Of a DNA stretch of 32,641 nt, positions 26,390-32,641 are shown in pieces. Numbering within the stretch: the first letter of the stretch is position 1; each line of letters opens with the position of its first letter. The translations under genes and the position numbers were made by a program. This DNA is from a virus. Its lineage: Duplodnaviria; Caudoviricetes. The notes beneath the pieces are model-generated. The model was given only the letters and a program-made list of their open reading frames with translations, ran no database searches and had not been told where the DNA came from. The stretch is taken from positions 1 through 32,641 of IMG/VR virus record IMGVR_UViG_3300040985_000670, one strand, 5' to 3'.

Positions 26390-27318
26390 TAATTTAACTC
26401 CTTAACAGAAAATTTTAGGGTCTCGGTGTAGTCCTCGGTCTCAACCATTTTGCGTTTGGGCTTGCGGACGAACTCGCTTTTAATGCGGTAACCATTTGCA
26501 TCAACAACCTTGATGCCAGCGTCATACATCTTATCAACCAACTCGTTCTTTATGTCCTCGCGCTCACGCTCAACCTCGCGCACCCTCGCCCGCGCTAGTG
26601 CGACCTCGGCACTTTTCTCAACGTAACCATTGGCCATGCCAGGGATGTCCGCATTTGTATCCCAGCCCTCTGGCCAGCAAACTGCAATGACATCGTCGGG
26701 GTCACGGTCAGGCGGGTACTCGCCGTCATTGTCAACCAAGTCCCAGAACTCAGCGTACTTGTCTTTCATCATATCGATGCGATGGGTTGACCGTTCGACC
26801 GGGTACAGATGCAGCTTAAAGTCTTGGTCAAAGCAACCAATGATGCCCCAGTTTATGTCAGCGCAATACATTTGATGTAGAACTTGGTAAGTCCATTCAG
26901 GCTTGGGCCGACCGTGATGGTAACGGTCAGACTTTATCTCGCAAACGCCAGTGCCGCTCATGGTCACCTCTTCGCCATCACCATTGACCAGTGTGATAGG
27001 GTCAGCCAACTTAAGAATGCGGTCAATGCTTGCCGCTGCCCTTGGCTTTTGAAACGGTTCAGTCGGCTCCCACATCTCGCAAGGCTTCTCACACATGCGG
27101 TTGATTCGGCTTTCCACCATCCCGGCAATTGCTGGTTCCAAATGGTTGCCGCGCTCAAAGGCCCACTTGTATGGTTGCTCTAAGGTTTCGACACCCGCCT
27201 TCGCTAGCTTGTGTGCCTCAAGCACCTCATGCCTAGTTTGAAATGCGGTTGCGCCCATGATGATAGCCCCTGCCTCAGAGCTACCAATCTCATATCCTGT
27301 ACGTGTTAACTTTGGCAT
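26389..27318 (-). CDS. YqaJ/lambda-exonuclease-like recombination nuclease (309 aa)
   Basis: IGSSEAG, GNHLEP, ASID, CEIKS, QVLHQM motifs; start at MPKLT. Confidence 0.9.
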   Translation of the reverse strand: MPKLTRTGYEIGSSEAGAIIMGATAFQTRHEVLEAHKLAKAGVETLEQPYKWAFERGNHLEPAIAGMVESRINRMCEKPCEMWEPTEPFQKPRAAASIDRILKLADPITLVNGDGEEVTMSGTGVCEIKSDRYHHGRPKPEWTYQVLHQMYCADINWGIIGCFDQDFKLHLYPVERSTHRIDMMKDKYAEFWDLVDNDGEYPPDRDPDDVIAVCWPEGWDTNADIPGMANGYVEKSAEVALARARVREVEREREDIKNELVDKMYDAGIKVVDANGYRIKSEFVRKPKRKMVETEDYTETLKFSVKELN

Positions 27319-27563
27319 CAGAACGGCCCCCCGTTGGCGGCGGTGCATACGTCAGACAGCGCACAGAAAAACCAAGACGAGGCCATCAGGCCCACGCAGA
27401 AGAGCGTGAAGCTGACACCGTCTAATATCAGGGAAATGTTGGAACTTAGCCGACTAACCTCTTGACCCTGCACGACAGGGTCAGTTGGAACTTTTACTGA
27501 TAACTCGTTGTTATCGCTTGGGTAAGGCAGTCTCGTACGGGCTGCCACATTACAATTACTCAT
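27318..27563 (-). CDS. Small membrane protein (81 aa) whose 5' end overlaps the candidate attP
   Basis: AAAGGA RBS before MSNCNV; C-terminal TM helix; TGATG-coupled to the exonuclease. Confidence 0.55.
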   Translation of the reverse strand: MSNCNVAARTRLPYPSDNNELSVKVPTDPVVQGQEVSRLSSNISLILDGVSFTLFCVGLMASSWFFCALSDVCTAANGGPF

Positions 27564-27648
27564 TAGATAGTCCTTTGTTATAATTTTAGTTGTTGGCGCA
27601 ACATGCGCGTTACTTGGAAGTTTCTTAATTAGAGTTGGAGGTTCCAAC
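27438..27648. promoter_or_regulatory. Candidate attP: tRNA-3'-like core with arm-type repeats and an IHF-like site
   Basis: Core TACGGGCTGCCA at 27536-27547 inside a GGCAG-N11-CTGCC inverted repeat; GTTGGAACTT at 27438 and 27484 with variants at 27613, 27634 and inverted at 27639; IHF-like site at 27501-27513. Confidence 0.65.
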
Positions 27649-28710
27649 CCTGTTATGCTCACCATTTGATACGGATAACGCCCTCCTTTTGTCAAACATT
27701 TTAATATAGCGACTCGCCTCAACCAGCGTTGAGTGGCCCAACCAAGACATAATGGCTGTGGCTGACCCGTTGTTGGCCGCAATCTCCATGTCTCTGCTTT
27801 TTCTAAGGCCGTGCGCTGTTTTGCCTTGAACGCCCGCCGCCGATGCCTGTCGGCTAAACCAGCTTGATGCGCCTTTTACAGCACGGCTTTTAGGGTTGCC
27901 GCTATTGGCAAACCCGCCCGTAACTATGAAAGTCATGTGCTTGTCAGTTTGCGCCTCAATTGCTTTGTGCAATAGGTCTAGGTCGCGCTTAAAAGACTGT
28001 GCAAAGTGTGGCAGTTCTCGGTCAAACGGTATCTCAACCAAGGTGCCTGTCTTTGACCGCCGGTATGACAGCCAGCCACCGGGGCGTATGCTGCCTGGTC
28101 CAAGCCTGACAGCGTCCACCATGCTTGCGCCGGTGTAGTACAGCAACTCAAACGCCATCCTTGGATGCGTGTTCAGCGCGTGATGATTGCGGAACATCTC
28201 AATGTCATTGTGGTCCCACGGTATATGCCCATCAGACTTTACGACAGGCGCACGAACCATATCCTTGCTGGGGTCTACTTTCAGCGCATCGATGTGCATC
28301 AAATATTTGCAGAACCCGCGCCACATTTTTAACTGCGTATGCTGCGCGTGGCCGTGATAGTTCTTGAGGTCAGCGCGGATAACGTCCGGCGTCAATGCTT
28401 TCTCAGAACCAGCGGTCTCCCTAATACGTTCTAGGGCACGGCGTCTAACGCCTTGGGTAAGCGGGGCCATAGTGGTAAAGTGCGAACTGGCAATATACTT
28501 ACTGACGGCAGCGGCCAAACTGCCCTTGATTATTGGCCGCACGGGTTCGACGCCCGCCGCCTCAGTATATGCTTTGAGAAATACAACAGACGACATTGGT
28601 GCGTCAGGCATTGGTATGCCCTTCTGTCCTACTGGCCGGTAATACCACCGAGGGTTACCTGACTTGTATTCGCCACTGCGATTTAGATGTTTAAGGTGTA
28701 TTCCCCGCAT
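27625..28710 (-). CDS. int: Tyrosine recombinase/integrase (first catalytic Arg replaced by Ser)
   Basis: RWYYR arm-binding N-terminus; LLYYTGAS; SKTG; HGLRK; LGH; final Tyr in SRY. Confidence 0.92.
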   Translation of the reverse strand: MRGIHLKHLNRSGEYKSGNPRWYYRPVGQKGIPMPDAPMSSVVFLKAYTEAAGVEPVRPIIKGSLAAAVSKYIASSHFTTMAPLTQGVRRRALERIRETAGSEKALTPDVIRADLKNYHGHAQHTQLKMWRGFCKYLMHIDALKVDPSKDMVRAPVVKSDGHIPWDHNDIEMFRNHHALNTHPRMAFELLYYTGASMVDAVRLGPGSIRPGGWLSYRRSKTGTLVEIPFDRELPHFAQSFKRDLDLLHKAIEAQTDKHMTFIVTGGFANSGNPKSRAVKGASSWFSRQASAAGVQGKTAHGLRKSRDMEIAANNGSATAIMSWLGHSTLVEASRYIKMFDKRRALSVSNGEHNRVGTSNSN

Positions 28711-28714
28711 AATT

Positions 28715-29515
28715 TTACGCCCCGCTCGCTGGAGTAATCGCCCCAGCTTTAATGAGGCGTTTGACATAATTGCGGGTCGAGGACGCATGCCATATTGGGT
28801 TCTCTAGCATGTCAGGGTCAGCCGCTTTACGTGGCGTCAAGATACCTATTTTGTTAAGTTCTGACGCCATTTCACGGAAGGACATGCCCTGCTTAACGAA
28901 TGCTTTGAACAGGTTCTCTAACTGCGTGGCATAGACAAGCGCCTTACGGGCATTTGCGGCGTTACCGGCCAGCGATGCTTGTGTTGTATCGGTCGCGCCC
29001 AGCTTGGATATTGTGCGACCAGCCTTGGTGACATAGCTGCCCTTCTCGGCAATCTCAGCTTGGATGCGGGCCAATGACATTTTGGTACGTGCTTTGATGT
29101 CAGTGCGTTCCATATCCGCAACAGCGGCCAACAAGCCGACCGTCTTGTGGTCAAGCAAAGGGTTATCAACAGCAACGAACTGTACCTTGCCGGTGCTGAC
29201 TTGCTGGTCAAGAAAGCGTAAGCCTTCCCATGTCTTACGTGACAAGCGGCTAACAGAGTACACCACCATAGTCGCACCGTGCTTGCGGGCGTAGTTGATG
29301 CAGTCCTGCAAACCTTTGCGGTTATGCCACGGCGTACCGGCACTGCATTCGTCCTCAAACCATTCTATAGTGTAGTCACCGCCATTGAGGTATGCCTTGA
29401 TTGCGGCCCGCTGGTTCTCATTGTCCTGCTTGTCAGTAGACACACGCACGTAAGCGGCGAACTTGCCAGTGTGCATGGCACCGTGGTCAGGTCTGGTTTG
29501 GATAAGGCCGGTCAT
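28715..29515 (-). CDS. Serine recombinase (resolvase domain plus short recombinase-type DNA-binding domain), 266 aa
   Basis: YVRVSTDKQ catalytic motif, SRLSR, E-helix ERTDIKARTK, C-terminal SFREMASELNKIGILTPR...W; GGGAG RBS. Confidence 0.92.
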   Translation of the reverse strand: MTGLIQTRPDHGAMHTGKFAAYVRVSTDKQDNENQRAAIKAYLNGGDYTIEWFEDECSAGTPWHNRKGLQDCINYARKHGATMVVYSVSRLSRKTWEGLRFLDQQVSTGKVQFVAVDNPLLDHKTVGLLAAVADMERTDIKARTKMSLARIQAEIAEKGSYVTKAGRTISKLGATDTTQASLAGNAANARKALVYATQLENLFKAFVKQGMSFREMASELNKIGILTPRKAADPDMLENPIWHASSTRNYVKRLIKAGAITPASGA

Positions 29516-29557
29516 CTGTCTCTCCCAAATTAATTTGAGCACTCACGTTTTGCTCAC

Positions 29558-29611
29558 CTAGACACAGATATAGCAACGCGCTACACATTGTACAAGTATT
29601 AAATGGTACAA
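29558..29611 (+). promoter_or_regulatory. Overlapping rightward promoter and candidate operator
   Basis: CTAGAC-17 nt-CTACAC at 29558-29586; inverted repeat TTGTAC-N12-GTACAA at 29588-29611. Confidence 0.4.
29568..29596 (-). promoter_or_regulatory. Leftward sigma70 promoter (alphaproteobacterial type)
   Basis: CTTGTA-17 nt-CTATAT on the minus strand, close to the CTTGAC-N17-CTATAT consensus. Confidence 0.6.
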
Positions 29612-29628
29612 ATGTTGAGGACACAAAA

Positions 29629-29823
29629 ATGACAGATAAAGCAGTCATACACCTACGGGTCAGCAAGGAACTGCGAGATAAGTTAGAAATGACCGCCACC
29701 CTGCAGCGCCGGTCTATGACCTTCGTGGCAAACGACTTGTTACGTGCTGGCCTAGACCAACTGAACAAGGACGTGGACGCCGACATGCTGAACCTGGTCA
29801 AGATGGCTAGAAACATTGCCTAG
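29629..29823 (+). CDS. Ribbon-helix-helix (Arc-like) regulator
   Basis: VIHLRVSKELRDKLE...RRSM pattern; first gene of the divergent operon; GAGG RBS. Confidence 0.82.
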   Translation: MTDKAVIHLRVSKELRDKLEMTATLQRRSMTFVANDLLRAGLDQLNKDVDADMLNLVKMARNIA

Positions 29824-30199
29824 CAAGTTCGGCAATAAGAAAGTCGAGTTCGACGGCTACAAGTTCGACAGCCTCGCCGAGGCCAAGCATTACTGGTGGA
29901 CGCTGAAGCCTCGCCTGGATGCTGGTGAAATCACGCACCTTGAGGTGCAAACATCCTTCCAGATTGAAATCAAGGGCAAGAAGATATGCAAGTACAAGGC
30001 AGACTTTCAGTACTTTGATTGCTCAGTGACCGGTCCAGACGGTCAGACCGGGGCGCTGGTGGTCGAGGATGTAAAGGGCATGAGGACCGCAATCTACAGG
30101 CTCAAGAAAAAGCTGGTCGAGGCGCAGTTCACCGGCACTAAAATCATAGAGGTGCCCGCTGCAAAGTACCGCTCAGTCAAGTTCGCACTGCCTGAGTAA
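29816..30199 (+). CDS. DUF1064-family PD-(D/E)XK nuclease-like protein
   Basis: SKFGNKKV-x-x-DG-x-x-FDS-x-x-EA, YKADF-x-Y, VEDVKG, YRLKKKL. Confidence 0.88.
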   Translation: MPSKFGNKKVEFDGYKFDSLAEAKHYWWTLKPRLDAGEITHLEVQTSFQIEIKGKKICKYKADFQYFDCSVTGPDGQTGALVVEDVKGMRTAIYRLKKKLVEAQFTGTKIIEVPAAKYRSVKFALPE

Positions 30200-30200
30200 T

Positions 30201-30461
30201 ATGGAGTATTGGACCGAGATGACAGCAAGACACCGGCGTGAGCGTCTGGAACTTGTTCAATCACTGGCCCCCTCATACTGCATTAAAGACGCCGCCAAGA
30301 TACTCGACGTGCCAGAGCCAAACCTTAGACGATACGCCCACTACTACGGCGTTACGTTCCAAAAAAAAGAGTACGAAAGGGAGACACATGACCCTGAACC
30401 CACATGCAGGAGCGCCAAGACTGGGCGAGAACGAAGAACAATTTGGCCTGAGAATGCTTGA
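30201..30461 (+). CDS. Small HTH protein
   Basis: IKDAAKILDVPEPNLRRYA helix-turn-helix. Confidence 0.65.
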   Translation: MEYWTEMTARHRRERLELVQSLAPSYCIKDAAKILDVPEPNLRRYAHYYGVTFQKKEYERETHDPEPTCRSAKTGRERRTIWPENA

Positions 30462-30822
30462 GCATGAGCGCCGGGACGCCAAGACAACAACGCCGCGTGG
30501 CACGTTCTATCCTGACATGATGACAAAGCGCATCACCTTGCGTGAACCACTGCCATGTGATGCCCGCACCTATTTGAAAAAGTTGAGCGCCCAGCAAAAA
30601 GAAATTGTTAGCTTCCTGACAACCAAAGGACCGGCAACAGTCACCACCGTAAGCCAGGGCACCGGCATGAACGCCAACTCAGTAGCCGCCAACATGTCAG
30701 CCCTCGCCAACGTCAACCTAATCGTAAAGCTGCACACCATCCGCAAAAACGCTAAGAACGTGGCCGCTGGACGCAGAGATTGCTGGGTGTACGGCGCAGT
30801 ATCCGAGCAAAAAGGGGGCTAG
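30388..30822 (+). CDS. Winged-helix DNA-binding protein (144 aa)
   Basis: GGGAG RBS before ATG 30388; QKEIVSFL...ATVTTVS...NSVAANMSAL. Confidence 0.65.
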   Translation: MTLNPHAGAPRLGENEEQFGLRMLEHERRDAKTTTPRGTFYPDMMTKRITLREPLPCDARTYLKKLSAQQKEIVSFLTTKGPATVTTVSQGTGMNANSVAANMSALANVNLIVKLHTIRKNAKNVAAGRRDCWVYGAVSEQKGG

Positions 30823-30824
30823 TC

Positions 30825-31322
30825 ATGGCACCAACGTACAATTACGAAATGTCACCTATGGAACGGTTCAATCATCAGCGCAAACTGGGCGAAGAGTTCG
30901 AACGCAAAGTAATAAAGTTACTGAAGAAAGCGGGCCATGAAGCGTGGAAGCGCAAAGACCATGACTATGACCTGACGGTCGTTCTAGATGTCCCGCTCTA
31001 TGGCGCTCACCGCATCAAGGCAGAATGTAAAATGGACTTCGCCGCCAGCGGATCCGGCAACCTGGCACTGGAAACACAAAGCCAAGGCAAGCCGTCAGGC
31101 ATTCACCCTGCAGGGCCAAACCCTGAACTATGGATACACGGCGTGGGCGATGAAGTCTGGCTGATGAAGACCAGCGCCATCCAAGCACTTTGCGACACAC
31201 ACGTCACAAGCTGGGGAGGTCGGCACGTCCCGGTCGGTGACAAGGAAACAGGTGCCAAGGCAATCCTAATGCCCATCACAGTGGCCAGAAAAGCTGTCGG
31301 CGGGGCATGGGTCAAGCTATGA
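30825..31322 (+). CDS. PD-(D/E)XK endonuclease-like protein (165 aa)
   Basis: GEEFE...YDL...ECKMD...SGNLALET...GKPSGI pattern. Confidence 0.7.
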   Translation: MAPTYNYEMSPMERFNHQRKLGEEFERKVIKLLKKAGHEAWKRKDHDYDLTVVLDVPLYGAHRIKAECKMDFAASGSGNLALETQSQGKPSGIHPAGPNPELWIHGVGDEVWLMKTSAIQALCDTHVTSWGGRHVPVGDKETGAKAILMPITVARKAVGGAWVKL

Positions 31323-31507
31323 GCAACGCCACAAACGAAGCCATGAAGATATGCCAGGAATGCGGAGGCACCGGCACCATACTGATAGAACTGTATCATC
31401 GGCAGAGCTTTGACGTTGATAGCGGATACATAGAGGAACGGGTCGAGACCTGTACAGACTGTCTCGGCAGTGGTGAGCGCCTGACAGATGAGGATGACGA
31501 TGCGTAA
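31319..31507 (+). CDS. Small DnaJ-type zinc-finger protein (62 aa)
   Basis: CQECGGTG and CTDCLGSG (two CxxCxGxG). Confidence 0.8.
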   Translation: MSNATNEAMKICQECGGTGTILIELYHRQSFDVDSGYIEERVETCTDCLGSGERLTDEDDDA

Positions 31508-32501
31508 GTCAGCACTGTCACCAGACCCCACAAGGGACGCGCCAGATGGCCACGGTGAATACCAAGCACCCAACGCATGGGTCTTGCTGCCAGGTAGAGC
31601 AACCGTGGACACACGCCTACATAAATACGCCAGCACGTTCTGCGTCCTAGCCTTCTGCTCATCACACGCAAAGAAGTACACCGGCATATTCTGGATGAAC
31701 CAACGAACAGTGGCAAGCGCCCTCAACATCACACAGTCAGCCGTGTCACAACACATGAAGAAACTCATCGAGTACGGCTACATTGAAAAGATACGCAAAG
31801 AAGATAGACGAAGAGCATACGGTAAAAAGGGCGCAGTCTGGAGGGTTATCTACGACCCCAGACAAACACTGCAAGACGTCCTAAACAAAGTGCCAAAGAC
31901 CGAAGAAGAGGTCACCGCCGAAGCACAGAAGACACAAGAACTGGCCAACCGAGGAGCCAAAGGACAGCTTACAAAAGGACGCAAACAGCCTGTGGATAAC
32001 TCTGATAAAACATTAGCCCCAGCTAATAATAACGCACAATCTGATGACAACAAATATAAGCTGCAGCTAATGTCAAAAGATAAGCCCCAGCTAATGCATA
32101 ACTATTCTATTGAACTAAAAGATAAGAATAGTAAAAATGGTTTTGTTGAAAAAAAGAAAAAAAAAGAAAAACATATACGCAACGAACACCAACCAGAACG
32201 CGCCTGTCGAGCTATCTGTGCAGCCTACGCCGCCGTCTTCCAAGAAGCAACCGGGATCCGCTGGACATACGACGACCGACAGGTATCGATAGCAGCGGCA
32301 GTGCTGAACATGGGGTACACCGAGGACACGTTCATTGAGGATGCTACGAAGACAGCCGCATGGTTCATAGGTCAGGACAAGAAGCCACCTGTATCGCTTG
32401 CATGGTTCACTCGTAAGGCTGAGAACAAGGCAGGGCACAAGACACCAGGGCCTGACATCAACGCCATTCTAGGCAAGGTCACGGGTGCTGCAAGATGGTA
32501 G
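31500..32501 (+). CDS. Putative replication initiator (N-terminal wHTH)
   Basis: NQRTVASALNITQSAVSQHMKKLIEYGYI wHTH; iterons and DnaA box in the linker, as in lambda O-type initiators. Confidence 0.72.
   Translation: MRKSALSPDPTRDAPDGHGEYQAPNAWVLLPGRATVDTRLHKYASTFCVLAFCSSHAKKYTGIFWMNQRTVASALNITQSAVSQHMKKLIEYGYIEKIRKEDRRRAYGKKGAVWRVIYDPRQTLQDVLNKVPKTEEEVTAEAQKTQELANRGAKGQLTKGRKQPVDNSDKTLAPANNNAQSDDNKYKLQLMSKDKPQLMHNYSIELKDKNSKNGFVEKKKKKEKHIRNEHQPERACRAICAAYAAVFQEATGIRWTYDDRQVSIAAAVLNMGYTEDTFIEDATKTAAWFIGQDKKPPVSLAWFTRKAENKAGHKTPGPDINAILGKVTGAARW
31991..32180. promoter_or_regulatory. Candidate replication origin inside the initiator gene
   Basis: Perfect DnaA box TGTGGATAA at 31991-31999; three AT(T/A)AGC-N4-GCTAAT repeats at 32012, 32056 and 32080; A-rich tract after. 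Confidence 0.7.
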
Positions 32502-32538
32502 TGTACAAACATCAATCGTTCCATTGGTATCTGTACAC
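32501..32538 (+). other. Imperfect 16-bp hairpin/inverted repeat after the initiator gene
   Basis: GTGTACAAACATCAAT-CGTTCC-ATTGGTATCTGTACAC. Confidence 0.5.
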
Positions 32539-32596
32539 CAGAATAATTGCGTGGCGTGACCGGCGCGTCCGGCCAGCGCGAGAACCGCCCTTAGCC

Positions 32597-32641
32597 CTGT
32601 CTCTTATACACATCTGACGCTGCCGACGATCTTACGCGTGT
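32597..32641 (+). other. Illumina Nextera adapter read-through (artifact)
   Basis: Mosaic end CTGTCTCTTATACACATCT + GACGCTGCCGACGA + 8-nt index TCTTACGC + GTGT (start of P5 complement). Confidence 0.98.

Larger units (their letters stand above)
1..32596. mobile_element. Near-complete temperate podovirus-like phage genome (BPP-1/HTVC010P-like virion module)
   Basis: Full terminase-portal-scaffold-capsid-tail-lysis order plus integration, recombination and replication modules; no host housekeeping genes. Confidence 0.93.

Noticed and set aside
27520-27550. Phage-encoded tRNA gene
   Set aside because: Only a 3'-terminal 12-mer is present; no T-loop, anticodon arm or D-arm
30357-30372. A8 run as a frameshift joining the two overlapping HTH ORFs
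   Set aside because: Fusion would need +1, not -1; the downstream ORF has its own RBS and ATG at 30388
32597-32641. Tn5 mosaic end suggesting a transposon boundary
   Set aside because: It continues into the Nextera adapter, an index and the P5 complement, so it is a library artifact

Overview
This window is an essentially complete (~32.6 kb) genome of a temperate short-tailed phage with a BPP-1/HTVC010P-like structural module. The + strand carries TerS, TerL, a GNAT-like protein, portal, scaffold, major capsid, tail tubular A/B, four internal-virion (ejection) proteins, a repeat-built tail fibre, holins and a GH108 endolysin. A leftward operon carries a serine recombinase, a tyrosine integrase, a candidate attP, a YqaJ exonuclease, RecT and a stand-alone LexA-like DNA-binding domain. 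A rightward early operon runs from an RHH regulator to a replication initiator with an internal origin. No DNA or RNA polymerase, RT/DGR, tRNA or CRISPR was seen. The host is probably an alphaproteobacterium (Rhodobacteraceae, from a recalled tRNA-Glu 3' match at attP and alpha-type promoters). The last 45 nt are Illumina Nextera adapter. Main points of interest: (1) an AT-richer HhH-GPD glycosylase-like module inside an ejection protein; (2) an attP inside a gene in mid-operon, so integration would cut exo-recT-lexA off from its promoter; (3) an integrase whose first catalytic Arg is Ser, directly downstream of a serine recombinase; (4) a G_GGA_AAC -1 slippery site joining two ejection-protein ORFs; (5) anti-SD-loop and leader RNA structures around the capsid gene; (6) several basic micro-ORFs and apparently deletion-collapsed genes. 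Family assignments come from motif recognition and gene order only; no searches were run.
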